DNA of 32,662 bases. Origin: Octopus bimaculoides (Eukaryota). The position numbers and the translations under genes are program-made. The stretch spans positions 3,966,029 to 3,998,690 of the forward strand of contig NC_068990.1 of NCBI RefSeq assembly GCF_001194135.2, read 5' to 3'. Positions within the stretch are counted from its first letter, which is position 1. Every line of letters starts with the position of its first letter. Under the pieces are notes generated by a model that saw only the letters and a list, made by a program, of their open reading frames with translations, was not told the DNA's origin and did not search any database. Below are positions 1-12,693 of this stretch, in pieces.

Positions 1-32
<32 letters not shown>

Positions 33-384
33 TATATATACATATATATATAAATATATATGTGTGTATATATCTATATGTAAGTATATACGCATGTGTG
101 TGTGCGTATGTATGTATACATGCATATGTATATATATATATATTCGTTCTATATAGGGATGTAGTTTTAATATATATGTGTGTGAATATGTATCCATATT
201 TGTATGTATGTATATATATATATGTGTGTGTGTGTGTATACAAATATATACGTGTACATATATATACATATATATACTTATATATGTACGTACATAAATT
301 TATATCTATATATATATGCATATATATATTTATAAATATACATATATATACATATGTATATTTTACACATACATATGTGTGTGA

Positions 385-421
<37 letters not shown>
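1..421. repeat. compound (TA)n/(TG)n/(TATG)n microsatellite
   Basis: Directly visible; explains the Y/I-rich ORFs 26..448 and 363..554. Confidence 0.97.
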
Positions 422-424
<3 letters not shown>

Positions 425-582
425 GTTCCACATAGGAATATAATTTAAATATTTCAGGAACTTGTTTTTTCCAGTTGTTGAAGTAGCATGGAGATATACA
501 TGAAATTATAAACAAATTCTTTTCCGAGATTATTTTGAGGGGGGGGGGGAGCAAATGAAAATCAAATTAATATAAACGCAAA

Positions 583-770
583 ATGAGGGCTATTAAGACA
601 CACAGACATTACAAAGATCATATGATGTCTTTGAAATCGGAGAATACATATCGAAGATTCATTTCAAGCCAAATATATTTTGAGCCTACGAATAGAATAC
701 CAAAAAGCACCATCCTGCCAAACATTTATGGTTTTACGTCCTCAGTTGTGAGGATAACAGTTCCTTTGTT
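583..770 (+). mobile_element. possible highly decayed Penelope-like GIY-YIG fragment
   Basis: Translation KTHRHYKDHMMSLKSEN...SSQIYFE...IPKSTIL loosely parallels K.RY.NH..SF..E...LS.YIWELK...I.W.IL of the better PLE copies in this window. Confidence 0.3.
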
Positions 771-1147
771 GTTGTATTTTTTGTTTGTCTTTGGTTTGTT
801 TGTTTTTTTTGTCTCTTGTCTTTCCGTTTGTACCTTGTTGTTGCTTCGTTCATTAAATAAATCAATCCAATTTCATTCATATTTCTGATAATTTTTTTTT
901 TTTTAATTTACTCTATGAAAAGAATTTGAATTTCTAATTTTCCCCATACAGCTTTTTTTTTTTTTTTTTTGACTTGCGATTAAAAAAATTGCTCGAGCAG
1001 CGAGTGAAATTCCTTCTGGTATTTAGATATGTTTCCATTTGGCTTCGAATCTCATATCTCTGAGCAAAGGATCCATAATGTACCAGGCAGACTCTAAAGA
1101 TCACTTAAATGGATAACACACTGCCGAAGTCAGTGATAAAAGAATTT

Positions 1148-1179
1148 ATTATTATCATTATCATTATTGTTGTTATTAC

Positions 1180-1233
<54 letters not shown>

Positions 1234-1235
1234 CA

Positions 1236-1281
<46 letters not shown>

Positions 1282-1326
1282 GTCATCATCATCATTATTA
1301 ACATCATCATCATCATCATCATCATC
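1148..1326. repeat. (ATT)n/(ATC)n microsatellite
   Basis: Directly visible. Confidence 0.97.
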
Positions 1327-1334
1327 AAATTTGA

Positions 1335-1532
1335 GAAGTAGTGTACGACAGAATCGCTAGAGTGCGAGTTTATTTCGTTTTTTTTTCTTTTACGTCTGCA
1401 TTCTAAGTTCCATTCTTTCCAAGGTCGACTTTGCCTCTCATCCCCTCTGCATCGACAAAATAAAGTACCTGTGTCGGGGCAATCAACTTACCCCTCCTCT
1501 CAAAATTGCTGGCCTTGTGCCACAATTAGAAG
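1335..1532 (+). mobile_element. tRNA-derived SINE, family A (decayed)
   Basis: Shares aggtcgactttgcct...ataaagtacc...aaaattgctggccttgtgcc with copies at 5775, 6083 and 23849; followed by a (TAT)n tail. Confidence 0.8.
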
Positions 1533-1681
1533 GTATTATTATTATTATTATTTTATGTTTGACTTTTGCTTTGCATTTGTACAAGTTGGATCCAAGTCTC
1601 ACCCAGAGACCTCAAGAGACAAGTTAGAAGTTCATGTAGGTGTTATGCCTAGGGTACCATATATTTGGATTGTGTTTGTTT

Positions 1682-1683
1682 TA

Positions 1684-1745
<62 letters not shown>

Positions 1746-1758
1746 CATTATTATTATT
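1682..1758. repeat. (ATT)n microsatellite
   Basis: Directly visible. Confidence 0.97.
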
Positions 1759-2499
1759 TCCATTGGTATTACAGGTGTTTTATTCCGCTCTGTTTAAATA
1801 CCTTTTTTGATAGTTTGATTTGTTAGGGATTTGTTATTGTTGATTGTTACCTTTTGTTACGAGACCGACCTCAACAATAAAGAGCTAATCGGTTTCATTT
1901 GTTTTTCGTCCTCATGAGGCTATATTCCCAAAAACGTAGTTACAAGCCAACTATCTAATCGATAAATTAAAAGTTTTTGTAAAATCTAAATAACATCAAA
2001 TAGCTGTCGTCTTTGCTAATAAACCAGCGAGAGATGACGCTGAGAGAAAAAACAAGTGAAGAGGATGGAGCTGATATTGAAAGCTTTTCCTTCGTTTCTG
2101 TCATTAGATTTAACTTTCTCTCTCTCCCCCAGTCACCAATGCTACAACAGCTATCATACTTCAATGAAGGAGACGGAAATGAGCAATTATAGAAACCACA
2201 ACCCGTCAAACAATAACAGAAACATCAATATTGAGCAAAAAGGTAAGAACGGCACAGAGTAGATGCAACATAACACAGTAACACATTAAACAACTGTGAC
2301 AATAGTAACAAGATGGAGCGTGTCAAAAGCGACAACAAGTATCACACCGAAAGTAAAGAGAGTTTAACAACAACAGCAATAATAACACCAACAGCTCAAT
2401 GACTAATCGCCTGAACATCATCCATAAGACAAAGTCGCATTACCCACCACCACCACCTCAGATCTATCCGACCCGAAATCAGCAACAGTAGCATAGGTT

Positions 2500-5300
2500 A
2501 TAACAAAGTGACGCCACTGACTCGCTCTTTTGCATGTGTAGTGAGTCCATTAGAGGGATTAGAGATACAAGAAGAAAAACTGACTTCAGCTACGAATCTA
2601 GTACGATGAGAAAAGAAAAGGATCTGCCTTTGTTGACAAGTAAGGGGATTGGGAACGTGCCAAAAGATACAGCTTTAGATATCAATAGATTTAACTCTAG
2701 CCAGTAACAGTCGGAGTATAGAACTTTGGTATATGCGCATATAGATGAAAGAAATGTGACGAGGAAGCATTCGTCACTTGTGGTGTTATGAAACTATAGG
2801 CAATAGGTTCTACTCCTGCGGGTGAAGCGAGGAAATGGTCGTTATCCAAAGCGGGCCGGAGATAGGTGATGTAACACCAAAAATAGGATAGTACATATGA
2901 CACCAGAATAGGACATCTCGTAGCCAGTGGAAGCGGCTTTGGTTGAACAGTATGAAAACATGCTAGTCCTACGTTAGAACTTGTTGAAAATGCGAGTGGA
3001 GCTTTTATCAAAACGATCGGGAAAATCTTGAAATCATTCCCAATTCGAGCTTTCAAACGGCGCCTGAAAAGAGGAAGACCCAAATTGCTCATATGTTGAG
3101 TCACCATCCCCTTAAAGATCTTCTGCTCAAAGCAGTGAACAAATACAGTACGAACCTTTCCGCTGCTGTCTTCATAGCCATAAGAATAACATTAGTAACG
3201 GCAGTAGAGGCCAACATCATACTTACCACAATCAGAAGAAGCTCTCCTTCCTTTTACGTGTTCACCGAAACACAAAAGCAACACACATACACACACTACG
3301 CAAAATCTCTTCCCTCTGATTAAGGTGTCTGTCAGAGGCTGAAACGTGATCTAGCAACGAATTCGATGGAGCCCAACGCAAGAATTTGTCGTTAAGGAGT
3401 CCAAGAGCAGAATAATAAAAGAAAACAGACTATCCAAGATTAAAGCTAGAACGAGCTACAAGATGACAAAAAGACCATCGAGCAGTCACTAACCACAACC
3501 GGCTCTACAAACACCACCACCACAACAAAAACAACAATATCCAATCTTGCAAGCAAGCGCACATATCAATCATGGTACAACACCAAAAGAAAAACAAAAG
3601 AAAGACCATGAACAACCATCCATACTAGACCCATTCCTCGCGAACTTCACTATACGGAAGCAACAAGAAGTTTATGAGGTTCATTGAAAAATGTACAAAA
3701 CTACAAATGATTTTGACGCGCTTATTCTCAAGACACAACTGAACAGATTTCTGCTCAGAACACCTTAGACCTAAGGACAAAATCCCCAGGTAAAATGGGA
3801 ACGTTCCAGAACAGAGAATCAGAGAATACAAGGGTGATTCATTGATTACCTCCCTATCGAGAAGACTGGACCATTAGTTCTCCAAACGCAAGTAGATATC
3901 TTTTCTCGATTACTTTTTGAGACCAACTCAAGACAGTTTGCAGGAATGCACATGGCGGGGAGCCAACTCGGAAGTATCACTTGCTCAACGTCTAGACATA
4001 AATGTAAGAGCTATTAGCGATACTAGGATTCGACGTACTGACGGTAAAAATGGCCATTGGCCATATTTTCAACATAAAGTACGAATGTGGCGTTGTCATA
4101 GCTATGGTCTAAGTGTGAACTACTGCCCAACTTTACGAACCTGCAAGAGGAATGCTTTTGGAATGCAAGTTATGTGAAACTTTCCAGTTCTTTTTGCTCC
4201 ACTATTCAAAGCATCTAGTGGACCGGGTACAGCAGTGATCTTTGGTACCTTCCTCGACGACCTGACGCAACGCTCGGCAAAGAATTTAGAAAGTATCTAG
4301 TTTAGCTCGGACCGCCAAATGGATAGGAATTGGGCGTGATTACGAGAAGAGAGACCAGTATTTCCTGGAAATATGCTGAAAGGTGGGGCATAAATGCCTG
4401 ATGTGTGTGTGTGTGTGTTTCCAACGATCCTTTGTATTTTTGTCCCGCCAACTTGGAACGTCGCTCTTCTGTTTTGACTACTCAGAAGGTCCTTCATACC
4501 TTGTGGTGCAAAAGACTTTGCATGCCGCGATTTGTGATACACAGTTAGTGTATTCGAATGAATTTCAGTTGTAAATCAAAGAATGATTGATATTGGGCGC
4601 CTGGCTTCTGGAATTTTGTCATGTACTCACAGCTCTTTACTAATTGGGCAATACGGCAAGTAGAACTTCCACGTTTAGCATTCAATAGATGGCTTGTGAT
4701 GAGGAAGAATGACGAGGTTTTTGTAGTCAGTGAAATCTACGCGATAACTTCCAGAACGCTCTAAAAGTTGTATTACCGGTTCGATATTAAATCTATAAAG
4801 ATGCCCCATCAACTGGGCCTGTCAAAGATATGTGCAGTGCGATGAAACGGTTCTGTACGCAATCATTCAATGACTAAGCATCATGGAGATTTGTCAAACA
4901 GCGGTTACCCGGTTAGACGGATCCGGCTACTGACCCCGTCCATCGTTGACATTGGCTCACTGTCTTCCTTTAGTCGAAAAGGGCAGGCAGTGTTCCTGTA
5001 TCAGGAAAGAAGCCAAGTTGTAGACACGATTTAAAGGACTGATAAATGGCACTTTCTTTTTCATGGACTTCATCAAGTTCCACTAAGAGATAATGATGGG
5101 ATGAGTATGGAGGTGCCGCTGTCCAATAGATATGTTGAGCAGGGTGTGACAGATATATGAACATGGATTAAGTGAATGGGTTCACTCTCAGCAAGCGCCT
5201 GCAGACTGGAGAAAGAAAGAGGGGTCTATAAGTTTTTTTGACTGGCCGAATGAATACATCCTCCCTACTGGAGCCATTTCCTTGTTATTATGATCTTTCC
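2500..5300 (+). mobile_element. heavily decayed non-LTR retrotransposon (LINE): ORF1-like region, APE endonuclease start, start of RT; clade uncertain
   Basis: Manual translation across frameshifts. About 3920-4030 gives LKTVCRNAHG (WNxRG-like) then LAQRLDINVRAISDTRI (APE motif like L.IDI.A.SETR). About 5090-5290 gives DGMSMEV, YGGAAV, EWVHSQQAPADWRK and Y-W(R)-AISLL (RT motifs DGI..E, P.DWK, YR.ISLL). A possible decayed CCHC knuckle lies near 3070-3130. Boundaries are approximate. Confidence 0.5.
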
Positions 5301-5395
5301 TTTTCCGTCATTTCATTTCTCGATGTATACTTTCAACCTTGAATGCCGGGTGTTGTACTGTCAACAGTGTCTGAATTTCTTGTGGCTAATAAAGA

Positions 5396-5515
5396 CATAA
5401 TAATAATAACAACCACAACAACAACAACAACGATGATGATGATAATAATAACAACAACAACAACAACAGTAACAATAATGATATTATTGTTATTGTTATT
5501 AATATTATTATAATC
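5396..5515. repeat. (AAT)n/(AAC)n/(GAT)n microsatellite
   Basis: Directly visible. Confidence 0.95.
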
Positions 5516-5609
5516 TTTATTTTACATGGTTAAGAAAATACATCAGGAATTCCGTTTCTTACGGCTGGTATTCTTCTCATCTGACGCCCTGCTGGCAAAG
5601 AAAACAGAT

Positions 5610-5774
<165 letters not shown>

Positions 5775-5985
5775 GGCGGTGAGCTGGAGAATCGTTAGCA
5801 CGTCGGGCAACATGCTTAGCGACATTTTGTCTGTCTTTACGTTTTGAGTTCAAATTCAGCCGAGGTCGAGTTTGTCTTTCATCCTTTCGGGGTCGATAAA
5901 ATAAGTACCAGTTGATCACTAGGGTCAATGTAATTGAATCATCCCCTCCCACAAAATTGCTGCCCTTGTGACAAAATTTGAAACC
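5775..5985 (+). mobile_element. tRNA-derived SINE, family A, full length
   Basis: Head ggcggtgagctggagaatcgttagc (A-box-like), gagttcaaattc (B-box), body gaggtcgagtttgtctttcatcctttcggggtcgataaaataagtacc, tail aaaatttgaaacc plus a (TTA/TTG)n tract. Confidence 0.92.
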
Positions 5986-6000
5986 GTTATTATTACTATT

Positions 6001-6082
<82 letters not shown>

Positions 6083-6303
6083 GCGCAGCGAGTTGGTTGT
6101 ATCGTTAGCACACCGGACAATATGTTAAACGGCATTTCTTCTGGTCTTACGTTATGAGTTCAAATTCCACCGAGGTCCACTTTGCCTTTCATCCTTTCGA
6201 GGTCGATAAAATAAGTACCAGTGAGTACTGGGGGAGTAGATGTAATCGACTTACCTCCCACCCCCATCCCCGAAATCGCTGGCCTTGTGCCAAAATTTGA
6301 AAC

Positions 6304-6304
<1 letters not shown>
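6083..6304 (+). mobile_element. tRNA-derived SINE, family A, full length, inserted in the previous copy's tail
   Basis: Collinear with 5775-5985; B-box gagttcaaattcc; (ATT)n tail. Confidence 0.92.
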
Positions 6305-6339
<35 letters not shown>

Positions 6340-6503
6340 TTAATTCATCCGATTTCTTTGTAAACCCCACACACACTTTGTAACTTGTTCCTATTTTATG
6401 TCCTCTCATTCTTCGCCCTTGTGGTAATAATAAAGAATTCATCATAATTATTATTGTTATTATTTTTCTTTTTATTTTACTGGCAAATAAAAAAATCATC
6501 TTC

Positions 6504-6505
<2 letters not shown>

Positions 6506-6568
<63 letters not shown>

Positions 6569-6600
6569 TAACTATCCTCATCATCCTTATTATCGTCATC
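6506..6600. repeat. (ATT)n/(ATC)n microsatellite
   Basis: Directly visible. Confidence 0.95.
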
Positions 6601-7680
6601 ATGGTTTTTATACAAATAGCAGAAATTGATTTGACGTAAACAATGTTTTTTGTGTATATTTGAACATGAATCTCCTGGAAAAATAAATCAAGATTTTTAG
6701 TTAACTGCAGTGCACCGTCCCCGAAAGGCGAATACAAAGAAGTTTCCTTTTTTGCTGTTTGCATTTAAAAGAGGAAGAGAAAGAAGGCGGAAAAATAAGA
6801 ACATCTAATGAATGTGTACTGTCAATGGTTTCAATCCAGCAGCCTTAAACTAAATAAGCTCAAAAGAAAAATTATCAAAAATCTGTTGTGTTTCATATAT
6901 TCTCATCAAACGCTATTCATTTCTCTCTAAGTCATTTTCATTAAGAAAACAACAGAAAGAAACATTCGATTCCTCAAAGCCACTAGGAAATCATTTTCTT
7001 TTTACACTTTATATCCTAATGTTGAGTGCATTATACATTACGATTGCTATCGAACATCTTTTCGTTTTGTTAATGTTGTATAACTAGATATAATACATAG
7101 AGTTTTATATGTGATCTATACTTTAAAAACATATGAGTATGCATATAATATATACATACACACATTTCTTCACATATATATATCGGTATGCATCTTGTTA
7201 TAATGATGATTATGCGGTGATACGTATATATGTAACCGAAAGAAACCTCCTCTTTTATCACCTTCCATAAAGTACGTCAGGCTATAGCGATTTCGATTAA
7301 TAATAATTTCAAGAACAAAACGGTAGACTTTAGATCTCACTCTAGCGCCGTCTCAATCAAGCTATTCGGCCTCCATAACGACGTGTCGTATAATTTCCTT
7401 ACATATATTTATCGTTATTAAGATGAGACGCAGTGAACAAAAGTTGGTGCATTAAATAAACCACAAAATGAAATCTGTCGGTGAATGGTCGAAAGTTTTG
7501 CAATCATAAATATAGCGTTCTCTTTTTGATATAAGCGATACGCTACGCATTGTTTGCCCTCATAGAATAGATTACATAATAAACAAACATTGATAAAAAA
7601 TATATATATCTTTTATTCAAAAGTTGGTGCCACCTGTTCGAATCGAATTGCAGGTGCTCTGCTAGCCTCTTGCATATTTT

Positions 7681-7974
7681 ATGCGCCCTTTTAAAGCCTA
7701 AGCAGGCTCATGGGCCCGGTTTCCCGGTTTCTTTGGTGTATATGTCCCCCCCCCCCAGCTGGACGGGACGCCAGTCCATCGTAGTGTTACTCAAGAAATA
7801 GGAAGAGAACGTGAGAGAAAGTTGGGGTGAAAGAGTACAACAGGGGTCGCCACCACCCCCTGCTGGAGCCTCGTGGAGCATTAGGTGTTTTCGCTCAATA
7901 AACACACACAACGCCCGGTCTGGGAATCGAAACCGCGATCCGCTCCCCTAATCACTGGGCTATTGCGCCTCCAC
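7681..7974 (-). mobile_element. tRNA-derived SINE, family E, near full length
   Basis: Reverse complement begins gtggaggcgcaatagcccagtgattagg...gtttcgattcccagaccgggcgttgtg, matching the plus-strand head at 18714. Internal gatggactggcgtcccgtccag...gaaaccggg block. Confidence 0.88.
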
Positions 7975-8484
7975 AGCCTCTTGAATACCTACATACTAAT
8001 ACATACAAACATGTGTGTGGGGGGGGGTGTATAATACTCAGGGATCGAGGTATAGGAAGAAAGTTATCTTCAAGCAGTCCGTAGTAAATATAACAAAAAG
8101 CAATAGCGGTTTATTGAGATGGAAGGTTGTGGATTTTTTTTTTTTTCGTATCGAAGTACGATAAGCTGAAAAAAGTACTTTTATATTTCACCGTGGGCGA
8201 CCAGGGTTGCCGGGTGTGCGAAAAAGAACATAAGAGTTATGGAATGGAGTAGATAAGATCCGGGCTACATATGTTTCATTGCGAGCGAGTCCTCAAAAGT
8301 GGTAAATATCCAAGCGAGGTCTTCGAAGTGAGGGCCATTTTGCATTATCTTTGTATACGTTGTATGCAACATTAACATCAACAACAGCAACAAGTCAGCC
8401 AATGAGGGAGTTGTACGTCGTTTAAGATCCCCTACAAGTAATGACGAATCCAAATCAAATGGAGAAATTTTACTTTGTAGTATA

Positions 8485-8843
8485 AAGCAAATTTTATCTG
8501 AGTAGATAAGCTGGTTGCGGTTGTGATACCTCTAATCATAGCTCTACTCAATCGGGACTGGCTCGGGGCCAAACTGCAACAGTAGCAGTAGTAACAAGAA
8601 CAACAATGGCAACGACAACAACAACAAGGAAGGTGACAACAATTCAAATATAAAGAAATCACAAAGAAACATATAACTTGTTATAATGACAATGAGATTA
8701 CATTCATTGATTTGAAGTGATTCAACGGAGATAAAGGAATTAAGTAAAGAATTCGACGTTTCTCTCCAGTAAATCAGTAAAAGAAATACACTTGCGAAAT
8801 AATTGAATTAATGCCTGACCTCAGTCACCAATAGAAATGTTCT
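8485..8843 (+). repeat. dispersed repeat of unknown class; inverted copy at 16442-16800
   Basis: 8640-8843 aligns base by base with the reverse complement of about 16442-16645 (e.g. aattaatgcctgacctcagtcaccaatagaaatgttct); weaker similarity extends further. Confidence 0.85.
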
Positions 8844-8919
8844 GAACAAAAGTTGAATAAAAATGAAAGGTTCATATTTATTCTTCCTTTTGTAAATGGT
8901 TAAAATCTAATTGCACACA

Positions 8920-9121
8920 TACATACGTATATATATGCGTGTGTATGTATGTGCTTCTGTGCGTGTGTGTGTGCGTGTGTACAGAGAGAGGGAGAAAGTG
9001 CGAAATGTATAGATAGATAAATTTTGTAGATACATATATGTGGGGGGGGGTATGTATACATACTACGCATGTATGTATGAACGTATGTATGTATGAACGT
9101 ATGTATGTATGTATGTATGTA

Positions 9122-9173
<52 letters not shown>

Positions 9174-9195
9174 TGTGTGCGTATGTAAGTATGTA
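8920..9195. repeat. compound (TG)n/(TATG)n microsatellite
   Basis: Directly visible. Confidence 0.95.
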
Positions 9196-9262
9196 GAAAT
9201 AGAAATATACTGTACAAAATACACGAGGTAGTGTTAATAAGAAAAACTAATTAAAACTGAAA

Positions 9263-9919
9263 TTTTATACTATCGTTACTCCGAGATTCGTGTAACCGCT
9301 TTTCAACACAACTAATGATGTTTTACAATTTATAAGCTTACAGAAGTATTTGCAAATACATAGCTTTTTTCTCTTCTTTTTTTTCCAATTCAATTACATA
9401 CATGCATATTCATATATTTCAATCCTACTTTTACCCACTTCCCTAATATCTAAACACTTTCTCTGTTATGTTTTGTATCAACGAACGCTCACTTTCACCG
9501 CCTGGTACTTTCAGTATCTTTTCCTTCTAGTTCTTTTCTTTTTACCCGCTCTGCCAGCCTCTCTATGTCCTCCTTATATATCACGTTATTTCTATCGTTA
9601 TATTTTTCTTTTTCGTTCTTCCATTTTTATGAGATTATTCTTTCCTTTATTTTATTTTCTCTTTCTTTTTTCCTCTGCAAGTCATTATTTCATATCATTT
9701 CTTCCTATCTGCTTCCACGTATAGCGTTTCTTAATTAATTTGTCATCATATTTATTTCTAGATACGTTGTCAACCATGAGGTTATGAATATTTGAAATGT
9801 TAGATAAATCCTCAAATCTCATTGTTGCCAAATATACGATAACACCTGTAAACTGTAAAAACTTCTTTAGTTGTGTGGAAAACAATTAACGCAATCCTCG
9901 GAGTAACGACGATGTAAAA
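9263..9919. mobile_element. MITE-like element with about 72-bp imperfect terminal inverted repeats
   Basis: 9263-9334 (ttttatactatcgttactccgag...ttttcaacacaactaa..ttttacaattta) matches the reverse complement of 9847-9919; non-coding T-rich interior. Confidence 0.65.
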
Positions 9920-10007
9920 CCTTAAAGATAGATAGAGAGAGAGAGAGAGACAGAGAGAGAAGCTTACTTGGAAGAGGATGCGTGGCGTTCAATCGTATAA
10001 TAATATA

Positions 10008-10044
<37 letters not shown>

Positions 10045-10352
10045 CATACATATGAGCACCAACAATTTGACCTCTTTGAAAGTCCGATAGACCTGTCTTT
10101 TAATGAATTTAATTACTTTTTCTGGTGATACCTTTTCTGGTGACGAAAAGAAACAGCAATTTTAGCAAAACATATTAAGCAACACTAATAATAAATCAAA
10201 AACATAACAATAAACAAGCTTTTGACGGTTTTATAGATATTTCAAAATTATGATACTAAGATGCTAGGTATTTCTATTATTATGCCCAACCCTTGAATAT
10301 ACACACACATACTGTTAACAAATGTCGGGATGTGTGGCGTTCCGTTACTCAA

Positions 10353-11012
10353 TAAATGAAAGATGCATTAAATACTAAAAAAACGTACATATAGGACAGA
10401 CACAAAAGGACATTAACTCTTCGTCAGTTATGGACCAAAATAGTAATACACAGTTTAATGCCTTTAACGATAAGACTGAGAACTTCGCATATCGCCGGCA
10501 CCCGCAAAATTTGCGGAGAATCAGGATTCGAGCAAACAAAACGGTACAGGGTGGACGTACGAAAGTAAACAAATGTAATTTGAAACGATTGCCCAAGACA
10601 GAATAAGTAGAGCCTTTCAGACAAACAGATGGCATGATGGGTAACGCCATTTATTTCGAAGTTTACAAAATTCTTTCAATGGTAAAACTTTCAATAAATA
10701 TGATGATCTGAAATCGCACTTGCTTCAGTTTTTGTCTGATAAGGACCAGAATTTCTATGTGCGTGGAATCATGAAGTTGCCAGAAAGAGGGCAAAAGGTT
10801 ATCGAACAAAATGGAAAATATATAATTGATTAAAATTCATTCTTTATATGAAAACAAAATGACTTTTATTTCACATTAAGAACTGAAATTATTTTCTTGC
10901 CAACCTAATCTATGTTTATATATATATAAATGAAGGATGCATTAAATACTAAAAAACAAAACGTACACATAGGACAGACACAGAAGGACCCTAATTCTTC
11001 TTCTTCAGTTAT
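10353..11012. repeat. pair of about 80-bp direct repeats (10353-10431 and 10927-11012)
   Basis: Both copies read taaatgaa(a/g)gatgcattaaatactaaaaaa..acgtaca.ataggacagacaca.aaggac...tcagttat. Confidence 0.9.
10648..10909 (+). mobile_element. mariner transposon 3' fragment (transposase C-terminus plus right TIR)
   Basis: 10648-10833 translates HLFRSLQNSFNGKTFNKYDDLKSHLLQFLSDKDQNFYVRGIMKLPERGQKVIEQNGKYIID*, the classic mariner C-terminus. It ends in aattattttcttgccaacctaat, resembling a mariner TIR. Confidence 0.93.
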
Positions 11013-11164
11013 TGCTGTGGTCCCGACACGATTGTTTTTGACTGGAGAGCTTTTCAATAAGGACTAGCCTGCAGTTCAACAACAAGAAACTTAATATTCA
11101 GTTTTCATTTTATCGATTTATGGTCCAAATTTATTTAGAAAGTATTTGTTTTAATATTGCCAAG

Positions 11165-11400
11165 GTGTTATAATTATTTTCGTGATGCATTTGCACGAAC
11201 ATTCATTGAAAGTATTTGGTTCTGAGAGTATAATTTTCTACATTCGTATTGCTTGACCCCATATCAGTCCTGATCCAGAAGGTTTATGTGCAAAGGCATT
11301 CCAGCAAGAAGTATCCCACTTCTGTTTTAGATATATTATATAATATACCCTTCGGCGGAAACGTAAATGGATCCTCATCGGCACAATCGATCTCTGTTTT
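11165..11400 (-). mobile_element. decayed Penelope-like element, GIY-YIG C-terminal fragment
   Basis: Across frameshifts: KGILYNI / KWD / AFAHKPSGSG / KIILSEPNTFNECS / HHENNY, paralleling I.YNI.W.IL...Y..GS..C.LC..EK..I...LN.RSE...CRHENKY. Confidence 0.55.
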
Positions 11401-11631
11401 TGCCCATTAGCTGTTTAATGTTTGTTTGCTTTTGTTTTTTCACCTAGTTAATAGTGTTGTTTATTGTATGAATGAACAAATTGTAAAGATTATGAGAAGC
11501 ATATTATACATACGAATTTCTAACAACTTTTGTGCAAGGTTACACATTTTCTTAGAGGAACAGTACAATCAACTGGACCTATTTCAGTTCTTGGCTGGTA
11601 TTTAATCAAGCCAATGAGAGACAGCCGTTAC

Positions 11632-11720
11632 GCGGTCGCTCGACCTGCTTGAAAGACCCACTAGATACCCATCCCAATAATATAGATTAAAAAGGACACA
11701 CTAGAACGTCTTCGACTACA
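11632..11720 (-). mobile_element. SINE-like family D, 3' fragment
   Basis: gcggtcgctcgacctgcttgaaa is the reverse complement of the tttctag.agg.cga.cga.cacgtagaggc motif seen at 18401-18452 and 18604-18656. Confidence 0.55.
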
Positions 11721-11875
11721 AGTCTGCATCTACTTACTATATCGATTCCGGGTGAAAGAAAGATAATAGCTCACTCGGCAAAGTTTGTAGTGGCTAAATG
11801 CAGCAAGAAAAAATATAAAATAATGTAGATTAATAATGAAAGACACTCTGTCTACCTCATTTGATGTTAAATATT

Positions 11876-12072
11876 GGTTTCAAATTTTGACACAAGGTCA
11901 GTAATTTTGAAGGAAGATTACATCGAACCAGTGTTCAATTGGCACTTATTTTATCGATTCCGAAAGGGTAAACGGTAAAGTCGACCTAGGTGGAAGTTGA
12001 ACTCAGAATCTAAAAAATTGATGAAATACCGCTAAACATTTTGTCCGGCATGCTAACGATTCTGACAGCGCC
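11876..12072 (-). mobile_element. tRNA-derived SINE, family A
   Basis: Reverse complement is collinear with 5775-5985 (ggtttcaaattttg ... cacttattttatcga ... aaagtcgacct ... gaactcagaa ... gctaacgattctg). Confidence 0.9.
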
Positions 12073-12693
12073 CTCTTCATGTTAAGTATTAAAATCAAGT
12101 AACTTGATGATTGGTTCAAATTACGTTTTACGACGGAGAATAAAAAATAAGAAGCTATAACATTCAAGACAGAAGCGAACTAAGTAAACTGAAGTGACTT
12201 CAAGCTGGAGATTAAAGCTATAGCATTCTCAGTTAAGAATTTTTTATCTCTTATTCCAAATACGTTCATCTCATTTCAAGGAAACTACCAGAGTTTCAAT
12301 TACAACTGTAAAATTACTTTTGCTTGAACTTTTTTAAGTGTTATTAATTTTCGTTGAACTAAGAGATGGCCGTACGGCATAAAATTAAGGAAGACATAAA
12401 TGTAGCTTAACTACCTGTGACTGAAGATCAAGAAAATATGAAACTAGTGTGTTTAATGTAATGGACGAAAGTGGAATGAAGCTGCGTTATGAAAAACTGT
12501 AAAATTACAACTTTTTAAGTTTTTGAATTTCGGTATTTACCAAGCTTCGTTTGAACTAATTCTATATAGTGTCTCTAAAAACTGTAAAAGTTAACAAATT
12601 TAGTCATGTCGGATAGCGGTAACGTCCACTTCGGAGGAAAGACGGTTGTAAATCTGTTTTAATTGGCGCTTATTATAAAAACGTCTTCATTTA

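Noticed and set aside
3315-3352. CTGATTA…GAAACGTG hammerhead-like words
   Set aside because: The core and cleavage triplet are wrong (GUG) and there is no stem I.
4970-5164. Minus-strand IYQSFKSCLQLGFFPD, resembling a LINE RT motif
   Set aside because: It is an isolated match; more motifs, in the right order, occur on the plus strand.
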